A DNA stretch of 64,000 nt from Eledone cirrhosa (Eukaryota), in assembly GCA_964016885.1 (NCBI GenBank), contig OZ024743.1, positions 105,524,001 to 105,588,000 of the forward strand, given 5' to 3'. Below the pieces are notes generated by a model. The model did not search any database and was not told the origin of the DNA. It was given only the letters and a program-made list of their open reading frames with translations. The stretch's first letter is position 1; each line of letters opens with the position of its first letter. The translations under genes were made by a program, and so were the position numbers. Of this stretch, positions 25,506 to 39,152 are shown piece by piece.

Positions 25506-25708
25506 TATAAATATATATATGTATATATTTATATATATATATATGGGATAACAAGTTATCGTTATAGGTAATCCAGTTAGAGGTTGTGAGTACTCTTCGC
25601 AACTTGGAGCGATTAGCGGCCTCTAGACTCATCTGATCAATGAAACAATTGTTAATACCTGAAATAAAGCTCCTTGTTGTACAGCCAACCATGTTACAAT
25701 TCATTCTT

Positions 25709-25780
<72 letters not shown>

Positions 25781-25914
25781 GATTTAGCTTCATGCATAGC
25801 TCTATACAGATATGTATTGAAATTTCTTGGTATGTTTATGGATAAACATTTAGAAAGCCGTAGCTATGCAAAACACCGGGGTATTGCCCTCTGGGGGTGT
25901 CCAGCAGAAGTAGA

Positions 25915-25967
25915 GGGACCGTCCTGTTGAGTACCAGTTAAGTTCGAAATTCATTGACGATTGTCCC
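25915..25967 (+). ncRNA. Degenerate hammerhead (core CTGTTGA) inside an inverted-repeat element (about 25828-26014)
   Basis: GGGAC-CGTC-CTGTTGA-gtac cagttaa gttc-GAAA-ttca-TT-GACG-att-GTCCC. The outer arms are ggtatgtttatggataaacat..agaaagccg and cggctttct..atgtttatccataaacatacc. Confidence 0.55.
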
Positions 25968-26033
25968 ACTTTCTAATTTGTCCGGCTTTCTATATGTTTA
26001 TCCATAAACATACCGTATTTCTTTAGAAATACG

Positions 26034-26125
<92 letters not shown>

Positions 26126-26759
26126 ACAAAGAAATAAGCATGGAGGCAGAGTTAGAAAGTTACATATGGTGAATCGATACAATATAATATATAAAAATGT
26201 GAAATAGTTTTAGAGAATATCAAAACAAAACTGGGTTGAACATTGAATGGGCCTTCATCAGTTTCGACGGTGCATGTTATATTTGTTCGGTCAACGGAAC
26301 CACCTGCTTGTGAAATAATAATGTAAGTTAACCAGGGTTATAGTAAATGAAAACTGTTCGAGATGTGAAACAGCTGGATCGAACCCGGGAACGAATGTCA
26401 TGGCCATTCGGTAATGTTGCGTTTTCAGAATATAAATTTAAAAACAATTATCATTTCAGGGATATAAACTTAAAAAATAATGAATTTCCAAGTCATTTCT
26501 TGAAATTTAATCATGTTTAACAGCTTGACCTATTCATAATATATACGAAGGACAATTTTCATCTCCCATGAGCACGTCTAGGAGAAAAAAAAAACAATCA
26601 AATGTCACATCCGGCTAACAGAAAATGTCCCATGTGATTACACACACTTTATTAATCTCTTGTCACGTTTTACACTCACACACATATATACACATACACA
26701 CGCATAGACACACACACTATATATATATATATATACATATATATGTATGTATGTATATA

Positions 26760-26791
<32 letters not shown>

Positions 26792-26847
26792 CATATATAT
26801 ATATACATATATATATATATGTGTGTGTGTACACATATATATATATA

Positions 26848-26924
<77 letters not shown>

Positions 26925-27190
26925 GCGCGTGCGCACACACACTATATATATATATTCATACATTTTTTTATAAAGGTGTGTGCGTGTGTGAATGTGCTTG
27001 TCTCTATGTGGTGTGTGTATATTTGTGTATAGTTGTGGATGTACATTCTGATATTGGCATTTCACTCAAAATCAAAAATCGATTCTATTTCAAAATCACT
27101 AACAAATCCAAGAAAATGATAAAAGTTGTAAAAAAAAGAGGCAAATAGAAACCATGGAAAAATGTGTTAAAATATAACTAGAAGCAACTA

Positions 27191-27378
27191 ATAATTGTTT
27201 CTACTTTTGGCACAAGGCCAGCAATTACTCAGTGTATTACTGGTACTTTATTTTATCGACCCCGTAAGGATGAAAGGCAAAGTCAACCTCGGCGGGATTT
27301 GAACTCAGATCGTTAAGGGACGTAACTATGCTGGAAAGCATGGCGTCCGACCCTCTACCGATACTGCCAATCCACCGC
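27191..27378 (-). mobile_element. Full-length tRNA-derived SINE
   Basis: The minus strand has A-box-like TGGCAGTATCGG and B-box GAGTTCAAATCC, body gccgaggttgactttgcctttcatccttacggggtcgataaaataaagtaccag and tail ggccttgtgcc.aaagtagaaacaattat. Flanks are TSD-like (aagcaac(t/g)aataat). Confidence 0.9.
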
Positions 27379-27497
27379 AAGCAACGAATAATAATAATGT
27401 TTTCTTTATTAACCACAAGGGTTCACATAAAGTAGACATTAAGGACAGTACAGGACAATACAGGACGGTACAATAATAGGACGGTACAATAATGATA

Positions 27498-27679
27498 ATA
27501 ATTGTTTCTATTTTAGGCACAAGGCCAGCAAGTACTCAGTACATTACTGGTACTTTATTTTATCGACCCCGTAAGGATGAAAGGCAAAGTTAACCTCGGC
27601 AGGATTTGAACTCAGATAATAAAGGGACGTAACTCTATGCTGTAAAGCATGGCTTCCGACCCTCTACCGATACTGCCAA
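27498..27679 (-). mobile_element. tRNA-derived SINE copy
   Basis: Near-identical to 27191-27378. Confidence 0.9.
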
Positions 27680-27997
27680 GATAATAATAATAATAATAAT
27701 ATACACACTAAAAGAATACATCCAAAGTGACAAATAATTAGAATGACCAATATAACCTTAAGTCCGATGCGAATTATTACTTTGCAATTAATGTTAACAG
27801 TAAAGGTTCATTAGAACATCGTATTTAATGTTCTGGGGTATTGGTTCAAGCGTTCTTCGATCACTGAGTTCAAATCCCGCACAGGTTACCTTTCCCCAGC
27901 ATCATTTCAAGTTCAATAAAAACGGGACCAGTACATGACTTTGTTCAATTCTTCTCTGTATTTCTTTCTGTCCCCCCCCCCCCCCCTTCCCTCTCTC

Positions 27998-28049
<52 letters not shown>

Positions 28050-28090
28050 CCTATCTACCTATATATCTATCTATGTATCTATCTATCTAC

Positions 28091-28131
<41 letters not shown>

Positions 28132-28649
28132 CATTTCTATATCTCCCCTATTTTGAAAGGAATCAGCTATGTTCCAGCATAGAGAGAAGGTGAGCTCCAC
28201 CACGTTTAAAGTGCCAATGACACGCCATTTTTCACGACGGCACCCCAATGAGTCAATGAAGAATTATGGGGTCTTGCATACATCTATACACTCACAGGAA
28301 AAAGGTAGACTGGTACAATTAGTAGAGCGTTAGAGGAGATGATATTGCGGTATTTGTTATAGCTGTTCAAATCCCGGTGAGGTCAATTTTGACATTTGCT
28401 TTTAGGGGTCGATATAATAAAGTATCAATCAAATCATGGGGTTGATTTAATCATCTTAGCCCTTCCTCTAAATATGCTGGCATAGTGCTCAAACTAGAAA
28501 TCAATATTTACTGTAAAGGATTTCATTAATTTTCTTATTGAATACACCTTTTATTTTTTTGTTTATTGGCCAAAAGTTATAACAAATTCTGTAACGTAGG
28601 TATGAGTGTTTTTTTAAAGATAGTTGTCACATCATTGGTGAAGTTACGA

Positions 28650-29040
28650 GGGTTAGTTGTTAGGATGTTTGGCTTACGCTCGTAAGATCAGGACTCTAAT
28701 TGCCGGATGAGATGGCGCATTGGGTACACGAACAAACATTTTATTTGTCACTTCTCCAATCCAATCAGTTGGAAGAAACATTAGTCATACTTGTAATACA
28801 AAGAATCGACTTCGTCACGGACTGAACAAGAGGTACACACTTTATTTTATTACACTGTACGTGTAATTCAAAGGTTTAGCCTTGTCACACACCGTACTCC
28901 ACTGAATCTCCTTGAAAGCTACGTCAGCTGCACAGATGTTTGTAAAATTCGCTACTACGTGCAACGTATATGTAAATTTCACAACCAGGCTGTTTCGTTG
29001 TTCGACCAAGTAGAGGATTCGTCGTCGCAACTGAATCAAT
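28650..29040 (+). mobile_element. Old SINE of a second family (degenerate)
   Basis: tRNA-like head remnant. The 3' part (gctacgtc...tgcacgtt..tttcac...ggctgtt.cgttg..cg) recurs in diverged form at about 11700-11830(+), 26283-26335(-) and 62190-62275(-). Confidence 0.45.
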
Positions 29041-29438
29041 GGATTGATCCAAGTAGACCAGGGCTGCACTGAAGTTCACTCTACTACTCAGCATCGCTAG
29101 TCTGTCGAAGACGGATCAGCTAGGATTCCCACAGATCTGAGTGACCGAGAACTCACCAAAGATATCGTAAACAATTTGACCAAAATCATAAATGCTACAT
29201 CAATTTCGTATATTCATTCACAGAGTTATCAAGTTATCATTTCATATGTTTATACTTAAAACATTAAACAACTAAGTATATTTAAACATGAGAGTGTGTG
29301 TATGCTCTCAACTAGGCACACAAAGAAACAGACCCACTCATATGCATATATATATATATACATGTACATATATATATTTATGTGTGTGTGTGTGTGTGTG
29401 TGTGTGATTAAAGAAGAATGGCATGGGAGGAGAGAAGA

Positions 29439-29483
<45 letters not shown>

Positions 29484-30148
29484 GAGAGACAGAAAGAGAG
29501 AGGGAGGGGGGAGAAAGGGAGAAATATTTTAAATTAAGTAATATAAAATGTCGAGACATTCCTTCCGGTCTGAGTCAAGAATAAACGGCCATGTCATGAT
29601 CTCTTTATTTCAATTTGTAATTTAATCAGATATCTGAGATGTTCACATCAGGTATTATACAAAAAGAGATTGGTTTTGGACGATAATAACACTACTTTGT
29701 ACAAAATTCAAATAATGAAATTTGCAACGATCTGAAAAGCTGATATAGGTCATCTGCATATCTATATAACTGAATGATATCGTTGATGTCCGAGGCCTGT
29801 TGCACAAGGTATTCAGACTCACGTCAAATCCCGAGTGGCTCTCACTACTTGAATGCTGGTTGTCATTTTCATAACACCTCTTTTATTCTGTTTTCAACGG
29901 CTGATTAGATTTCATATATTGATAAAATCCACTTTTTATAGATTCTGCAGCGTACACAGACAAATATACATTCATCCATGCATACGTAGTTATTAATCCT
30001 ACATAGTGATATACATACATACATTTATGCATACATACATACATACATACACACAGGCACACACTCATACATACAAACATATATGCATATTAATATATAT
30101 GTATATATAAATTGATATATATATATACATATATATTTATATTTATAT

Positions 30149-30195
<47 letters not shown>

Positions 30196-30250
30196 TATAT
30201 TTATATATATATATAAATTATATATATATTTATATATATATCTACATATA

Positions 30251-30310
<60 letters not shown>

Positions 30311-30357
30311 TATATGTGTATGGGTGAGTATATGTATACAGACACACACACACACAT

Positions 30358-30389
<32 letters not shown>

Positions 30390-31406
30390 GTTCGGAATTG
30401 AATATTCCGGGTAACGTATGATTGAGACCTAATACAATAGAATATATTGGTGATATGATATTTAGTATTGATGCTGCACACTATATTAGACGGATACAAC
30501 CCTTTATCTAGTCACTTACTGCAAGTGTCTTTGATACAGTAGTTGGCGCTTAACAAACTTTTCTCCTCGATATTAATAATATTAATCACAACACAACATA
30601 GCTAGATGACGATCGAAACCAATTCAGTATATATATTGAGTAAATGCATTCAAGAGAATTGTGAACGTTATCTATTCAAACTCATAATCTCTTTCTTATA
30701 TATTTCGTAGCTTTGTATTCATCGAAGTACAGCAATAACACCATTTTCTCGGTGCTAGTGAAGCCAAACATATCCCGACGTCTATTTAAAATATGACGCT
30801 CTTGAGTCATAAATATAGTAAATATACCTATATATAGCCATAATGCACATAGTTAATAATGTTCCTTGCGAAATATATTATACATTATATATAAACATAA
30901 TAAAACATAAGCGTAAACGTTGAAATATAACGTTTTTATCCGTAATCTACTATCGCAAGTGGTGGTTGTTTAAATTCCAATACACAATACGACAATAAAA
31001 AATCATTAAAAAAAAGCACACCAAGTTTTTACCCTGACCTATGAAGCAAACATTATAGATATATTGAAAGTAAAATAGATTTGATTTCACATATATCAGA
31101 AAACATATAATATCCCTTGGTCGGGCAAGTCTCAAAAAATTTGAATGTAAAATTAAGAAGACTAGAATAACGATTAAACGATTGTAAATTTAATTGATAG
31201 AACCTTCTCGCTAAATTGCAAGCTTTTTCAGATAGATATAATGACTATTATCGAAACTGATCTAGACATCATATTTATTCAGATCATGGCTTATACGAAA
31301 TCTAACCAAAATAAAAAAGTAAAAGAAAAAAGAAAATAACCAATGGCATGAAGTATTTTTAATTTATTACTGTATATCGTCATTGTATCAAACATGTATA
31401 TATGTC

Positions 31407-31900
31407 AGGCCGCTCTTCAGTGTTACTGTTACCATGTAACTCAGTACAACCTGTGCATGGTCAAGTCATCGTTCACTAAACCGGCAACCCCAGTAAGCTT
31501 GCTTGGCGAGGAGGATGAATTTGGAGACCCTGTGAGATGAAAAACAAAACCCGTCAAAGGGCGGAAGAACTCATGAGAGTCAACGGCCATCAAATAAGGT
31601 TTATTTGGGAAGCGACAGACGCCAAGTCTTCAATAAGACATTCTCTTTAAGAGAAGGTCACTCTAATATAAAACCTGCCACTTGGTTTGCATCCAATGAT
31701 GTAAACCAGGTCTTCTTTGGGGGAAAGTGCATTCGATGTTTAACGAGTGGGATTGGCTCCGTGCAAAGCCTTTCCTCAACTTAAAAATGTTTCAAGCATA
31801 GGCTCTGCTTGACATGTGAGGTGCATGATATTGCTGGTCATAGGTAAGTCCCAAGCAGGACTACAAAGCCATGTCCATGATGCTCATGATTAACTATCAT
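31407..31900 (+). mobile_element. Non-autonomous RTE-derived element, diverged copy
   Basis: Homologous to 42098-42703 (ctaaaccggcaacccc, aaaacccgtcaaagggcggaagaactc, aaaacctgc, gatgatgt). Confidence 0.7.
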
Positions 31901-32115
31901 GAGACTGCATCACTCAAAATCGAGTTGTATATATATGTACCCGAAACTCCCGATTGATTTATAGGGATGCCGTTATGAAATAACGCGTGCCTTGGTAATT
32001 TTAAATCTGGCAGAACCCAACCCCGTACCAGATCGGAATGCAGCCAATCTCTGCCAGAACAAAGCAGACCAGCGAGATAGATAGCTAGAAACATATATAT
32101 ATAGAGAGAGCGAGA

Positions 32116-32191
<76 letters not shown>

Positions 32192-32992
32192 GAGAGAGAG
32201 AGAGAGAGGAATTAACAAAGATATATAGAGGAATAATTTAAACCCTGTACTGTAATAGTACACTTTTATTGACCTGGAATTGATGAATGGCATCGCCGAC
32301 CTCTGGAGGATTTGAAATCACGGAACGTGGAGAGCCACGATAAATACCGCAAAGCATACAATCCGAATCTCTAAAGACTGAATGCAACTCTTTAACCTCA
32401 ACAGATAAAACAAAAACACGGCAGATCAAGACAATAAGATAGAATAAGATAATAGATAAGAAATTCAAAGTAACGAAGTAAGTATTTGCATGTTGCTGGA
32501 ATCTTAGAAGTTCTATACGATTTAACGAGTATTCTTTTAGAAAACAAAATACCGGATGTTGATGATGGTGAGTTTCTAATGTTACTACTATAAGTAGTAT
32601 TGCAAGTTGGTAAGATTTCGGGGACATCTCGCCTGGCAGCAATGGTAGAAAACATGGCGTGGTTACCTCTAGTAATATTGATTACATTGCCAAATCAAAT
32701 TACATACAATACTGCACTGCAGTTAGAACTGTCTTAAGTGCACACAGTTCGCCAGGAAGTAGCAGCTAAACAATTCGTTGGTGCACCAGTGAACTAGATG
32801 CAGGTGCCGAAGCTGCTTTTACTACAGGTATTGTTGTTTTTGCTGATGCTGCTAAAGCTGCTGCTATTGGCGTTACTGTTGCTTTAGATTCAATTTCAAA
32901 AACTATTGCAACGATAAAAATTGTTGCTATGTTGGAAACACAGACTGCTGCCTCTGCTTCTGCTGCTTCAGCTGCTGCTGCTGCTGCTACAC

Positions 32993-33055
<63 letters not shown>

Positions 33056-33182
33056 TCACCACCACTACTACCACTAGAACTAATGATAATAAAATCGACA
33101 ACAACAACAGCAATCATAACAACAATACAAACAAGAACAATAACAACAACAAAAATAATAACAATAACAACAACAACAATAA

Positions 33183-33370
33183 TAATTGTTTCTACTTTGG
33201 CACAAGGCCAGCAATTTGATCGGAAGCAGAAAGTCGACTAAATCGACCTCAGCATTACGGGTACGTAATTTTATCGACCCCGTAAGGATGAAAGGCAACG
33301 TTACCCTTGGCGGGTTTTGAACTCAGAACGTAAAGGGCCATAACTCCATGCGGATAAGCATGCTGTCTGA
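33183..33370 (-). mobile_element. tRNA-derived SINE copy
   Basis: Matches the SINE body and tail. It sits next to (CTA)n/(CAA)n microsatellites at 32945-33185. Confidence 0.85.
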
Positions 33371-33394
33371 GAGAATGTTGTCTCACCATTGCAG

Positions 33395-33815
33395 TTTGTC
33401 GTGACTTTGATTTCCCTAGCCTTCATTGTCTGAAAAGCGATGTGTGACTATGAATGTGGCTATGGTGAGGATGAAACGGGAATTGCATAAGCAATGCCCT
33501 GGTGTATCTCTCGAAACGATGGGTGCCTCCATTGAATTGAAGTGCTCTGAGCGTAGAAAGAGATGCTTGAGCAAATCTGGTCTCAGGAGCTACAGTCCCA
33601 GCCATGTTCAAAGAGAACCAGTGAACTATGATCTCCATGGTGATGTGAGGGTTCACAGGTAACCTGATGCAGGATCTCAAGCCAGGGAGATCCATATTTG
33701 TAGTCAGTGTGCGAAGGAGTGCAAGTCTCTAGCAGGCTTGAAAAGCCATATCCGGGCGTCACACATCTGAATCTGATAAGCGATTGCAATACTCTTGGCA
33801 GAGTTTACAGCCATC
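33395..33815 (+). mobile_element. Degenerate RTE 3' end (two zinc-finger remnants + tail)
   Basis: LKCSERRKRCLSKSGLRS and CSQCAKECKSLAGLKSHIR. Ends tacagccatc. Confidence 0.65.
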
Positions 33816-33819
33816 AGGG

Positions 33820-34620
33820 TGAGGATACAAATCAAGTACCTTTTCTCGATGACCTTAAACCGTTTGCTAAAAGGGAAAAGGCACTAGAATTTTTAATCCA
33901 CATGCTAAATGTAGTGGGCAATAATATGGGAATGCAATTTAGAATAGATATATGTACAATATGAGTATTTAAGAGAGGAAAAATAACAACTTCTGAATGT
34001 ACAGAGCTACCTGATAACAGAGAGATCAGAGTGATGGGAGATAGTGGAAGTTACAAGTGTTTTGGCATTTTACATGCAGATAAAATACTGTTTGGAAAGA
34101 TGAACGAAAAGGTCACGAAAGAAAGTTTTAGGAGATTAAAGAAAGATTAATTATAAAAATTACTGGAGAAAAAAGTATCTCAGTGTTTAACAACTATTGA
34201 AATACTTGGCTGCATTCTTGAATTGGACAAGTGTACATACGACTCAATATGATTGATAGAAAGACAAATAATCCTACAGAGAATTTCAAACAAGAGTTAG
34301 TGTGGATAGATTATACTTACCAATGAAAGAAGGAAGGAGAGGGTTAATTTCCATACAAGAGTGTTGATATGGCAGAACGTAACCTGGAGATATGTGTGAT
34401 GGATCGTTCAGCAATGGTCCATATAAAGTGGAAGTTAAACATGAAAACCATAGAATATGAATAAGAGAGTGAAAAGAGAAAGGAATATTTGCGTAAGAAG
34501 AAATTGAGGGACACAATTTCCAACAAACCAAGGAATCGGTAGCAGAGAAAACGTAGTTGCAACTGAAAAATGATGAGTTGAAAAAAGAAACTGAATGTTC
34601 ATAACTACCTAATCCCAGTG
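33820..34620 (+). pseudogene. Fossil RT of an early-branching (R4/Dong-like) non-LTR retrotransposon
   Basis: FLDDLKPFAK...GMQFRIDIC, KRGK, SYKCFGIL and DRLYLPMKEGRRGLISI resemble the R4-type motifs YMDDLKLYAK, GM.FG.DKC, YKYLGI and RLYLPR..GGRGL. Confidence 0.6.
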
Positions 34621-36445
34621 TGTTACAGAAATATGCTGAAAAAGACAAGGACAGAAAACGCAGTGACTAAAAAGAAAAACATCTGTGGTTGAAGAGCCAA
34701 GCTGAAGAAGCCGAGAACAGTGCTAAACGAAATGACACGCGTGCTGTATATCAGATTGCCAAGAATATCACTGGTAGCTCAAAAATCAGATTAGACCCGA
34801 TCAAAGCAAATGATGGAATCGTGCTTCCAATACAAAGATAAACTTAAGAGATGATTCGACCAGTTTAAAGAGGTACTATACTGACCTGAGTATAATTAAT
34901 TGGCAGTAATCGAAGAACCCTCTTATCATCTCCCAATTAGCACTGCTGACTTTTCAGTGGAAAAATAAGGGAGGGTATCAAAATCTTTAAAATATATTAT
35001 GTCGCCAGGTATGGATGGCATCACTACAGAGATGCTCAAAGGCGGAAGGAACTGCTTTATCACATGGATGTTTCAGTTATGCAACCAGATCAGGAATATG
35101 GGTATCATGCCAGAGGCCTGGCAGAATGGAGCTGTTGTTTGCATTCCCCAAGAGGGTAAAAGTAGATATGTGACAACTGGAGGGGAGTAACACTTTTATC
35201 CATACCAGAAAGGTATACTGTCAGGTTATCCACAATCGAATGAAAGAGGCTGTTGAACATGTCTTGCGTGAGCAACAAGATGAATTCCAACGCAAATGTT
35301 CCTGTGCGGATCAAATATTTGTCCTACAACGCATCATCGAGAAATACAATGAATTCGAAGTATCACTTGCAATCACATTCATTGACTTTACTAAATAATT
35401 TGATAGCCTACTCAGACTATCATTATGGAACATCATGCGAGTTTATGGCATACCATCTAAGATTATTTCAGCCAAAAAGATTTACATACAAGATCAAAAT
35501 GCTGCGTAAAAACTGAAGATTTCAATAGTGAACGGTTTGAAGTCATCACAGAAGCCCACCAAAAATGCTCGTTTTTTCCGTTTCTCTTTGCTTTGGCTAT
35601 CGACTAGATTCTCAGAATAGCAACATGAGATAAGGGGACATACTAGGTAGCGGAACAGAAGCTCTCAAACCTTGAATTTGTAGATGATATTGCGGCCATG
35701 GTCAAAAATATATTCAACTTGCAATATCTGATAGATGAGATAGGGTCATCTACAGCCAGCCTCGGCCACCTCACCAGTGTCAAAAGGATCGAGAACATAC
35801 TACTTGGTATTTTTCCATCACCAACAGACGTCTGCATTAATCTGGAGGATGTGAAGGTCTTGGACGATTTCACTTACCTCGGAAGATCTGTGAACAGAAG
35901 AGAGGATATAGCAAAAGAAATAAATTGCAGAATAGTCAACGATTCGGCTGTCCTAAGCAACTCAGCAAGATATATGAAAGGAAAACACTTTCGGTTGGTA
36001 CCATGATAAGATTTTACAACAGCAACATGATTTTTGGGGTGTGAAACGTAAAGAGAACCAATTTTGACAACAAATGCCTGCGCAAAATCTTTGGCATCGG
36101 GTGGAATTACTTCATTACCAACGAAGAAGTCCGTCAACGAATTCACCAACAAAGTGTATCTAATATCATGCGCAAGCGTCAGCTTGGCTGGTTGGAACGC
36201 GACACACGACATCCAAGTGAGAGACACGCAAATTGGTCCTGAATTGGTACTTCCATGGAAAGAGCCATAGGTGACGCCCCAAGAGGAACTGACGGCAGAC
36301 AACCGACATGCACCTGAAACCCGTCAACAATAGATTTGGACGATGTATTGATTGATGCAACTGACTGTGGTCTTTGGAGTTTGTGGCTGCAACATGCGTC
36401 TCAAGACTTGGGAGCGGGAGCTTCTAAGTCTGAGTTTAAGTAACC
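34620..36445 (+). pseudogene. Fossil RTE-group LINE RT
   Basis: Remnants AEEAE...VYQIAK, SPGMDGITTEMLK, PEAWQNGAVVCIP, NWRGVTLLSIP, LEFVDDIA and DFTYLGRSV, with many stops and frameshifts. Confidence 0.75.
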
Positions 36446-36521
36446 GTAGTTTTGCCTCCCGTTGTCTTTTATAAACCACTCGAAAGTATACATACACACA
36501 CACGTACACACACACGCACAC

Positions 36522-36652
<131 letters not shown>

Positions 36653-37652
36653 TCATATTCTCTAATGTTGTAAAATATAGGCATTACCGTAGGCATTATC
36701 CAATACAACTTACATTTAGTTACGAAGGTGAGGTGTACTAATTAGGAAATGTGGCTGGTATTTTTACCATGCCAAGTTATTTCATATCGGTGAGTAGTTA
36801 ACATCTAGCGAAATTTCAGTTTTTACATTTATAATGCCTGAATCTTCATGACACACAGTGGTGGGAATTTATAGGTTTTCTAGTACACATATACTTCTAA
36901 ATTATTGTACTATAAAAAAACACATTGAATTCTCTACTCCAGTTCTCCAGATCATTCTTAGAATTCAATGATTATTTTACTGGTAATGTATCAAATATCG
37001 ATCTAATCCAATGACTTCCTGCTTCACTGATTAATTAACATTAATCAATAGTGTAAAGTACAATAGCAGATTCATTGTGGATAATTTTATATACCAGCAT
37101 TCCGAGTTTGCCAATCAATCAATCAAGGGTTTATTGGAACACATGTCTCCACGGTCAAAATCTCTAATTGGTCCTATTCACATCACTGAATGGAAAAAAA
37201 AAACTTTTATGGCCCCGTTTCAATTCTACAGTCTATATTTTTATTTTATTTTTTATTCCCATTATAAAATTCTATTCTAGGAGTGTATACCATGACAGAT
37301 GGTTCTCTAATCGAGCGTCTAATTAGTAGAACGTTCTTTTTACAATGGCGTTTTGTTTCAAACAGACATTCACATCTTAGGAATTCCATAGCTTTAAAAT
37401 GGATAAATGACCCAAGAAACGTTTCACCTAATTATGACAAAGATTAATACACATACAAACATACATACAAACATACATACATACATACATATATATACAT
37501 ACATACATGAATACTATCATACATAATACTTATATGCGCACATGAAAACTTACATGCGCACATGAATACGTATATATGTAGGAATATATATGTAATTATG
37601 CATATGTATATATATATGTATAAATATGTATATACATATGTATGTATAATTA

Positions 37653-37703
<51 letters not shown>

Positions 37704-37724
37704 GCATATATACACACACACACA

Positions 37725-37774
<50 letters not shown>

Positions 37775-38071
37775 ATATAATTCCTGGATGCATATGATTG
37801 ATTTATATATTCATAGAAATGAATTATTGGGAGTTGGGAGTCCATTGTTAATAATTAGATACAAACATCAATGGCGTATATTTCTCATTGATATTTATTT
37901 TTCTTTGCTGTATTCAGGTACATTTATGCCGCAAATGAAATGATGTATGAATGTATGTATGAATGTATGTATGTATGTATGTATGTATGTATGTATGTAT
38001 GTATGTATGTATGTATGTATGTATGTATGTATGTATGTATGTATGTATGTATGCATGTATGTATGTATGCA

Positions 38072-38117
<46 letters not shown>

Positions 38118-38121
<4 letters not shown>

Positions 38122-39152
38122 AAAGAATAGAGGTGTAACTCACGAGTTGTGATATATTAGTAAAAGGAAAAGAAAATGCTGACAAATCGTTCCCAGTGAA
38201 AAATAGTTTAATTAGAAATAAGTAAAAATTAGTAATAAGTATTGGTTAGTATTCAGTTTTAGTTTTAAGTTTTACCGGTTGCTCATTTCTAATGCTTTTC
38301 AAAAATAATTTTGAGATAGAGCGCCCGTGATGTTTGCTCTAATCTGATCAGTTTTGGAAATTCTACCTCTTTTATGTGAAAAAAGTGGCTCCAGAGGTAT
38401 TAAGATTTGGTTGGTTGTTGAATGTCACGTGAATGAGTACTATAAGTTTCGCGCCAATTCGTGTTGCAAACATTTTTGTAGTCAAAACAATTTTGATTGG
38501 TCGGTAGAGGTCACATGAATGTTAAAAATTGATTTTGCGCCAAATGTAGGTTTGTCGAAGAGTGACATTTTTCGCCTGATTGACAAGTCACTGAAAAATA
38601 AGTCTTTTAAGACAAATATGTGTGTGTGTGTGTGTAGTAGTAAAGAGGTTCATTGTTGTGATAATGGTCAGTAGGGATGTGTGTGTTAATTGCAGTCATG
38701 TTGAAAGATCACCTGTTCAGGTGTCTATTAAGACAAATATGTGTGTGTGTGTGTGTGTGTAGCAGAGTGATTCGTAGTAGAGGGATTCGGTCAGTAGGAA
38801 TGTGTCTGTACGTCTGTGGGGGATATTTTAACATGTTGAAAGTGTGTGTGTGTCTGTGTGTGTGTATATGTCTGTTTTTATGTTAGTGTACGCGTGTGTA
38901 TGTGTGTATATATGTGTGTGTGTATATGTGTGTATGTGTCTGTGTGTGTGTGTGTGGGTGGGTGGACCAGTCTTTTTGTGATACTGGTAAAAATGGTGTA
39001 CATTATTCGATATTTTCAGTAATATGCAAAAACGATTCTCTCAAAAGAATATCAAAAACGTTAATAATAAAAGGGGTGAAATGATATATAGTATTTTCAT
39101 AACACCAAGGTGTGTGTGAGTGTCCAGATTGTACGTACTGCAAGGGGAATTC
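38118..39152 (-). mobile_element. Inverted pseudo-LTR of the Neptune-like PLE
   Basis: Reverse complement of 40695-41811, with the junction at GAATTC (39147-39152). It extends about 35 nt further than the forward copy and abuts (TA)n. Confidence 0.9.

Noticed and set aside
26235-26270. CTGATGAAGGCCC on the minus strand; similarly 57243-57275
   Set aside because: At 26235 there is no closing helix II or GAAA. At 57243 helices I and II do not pair.
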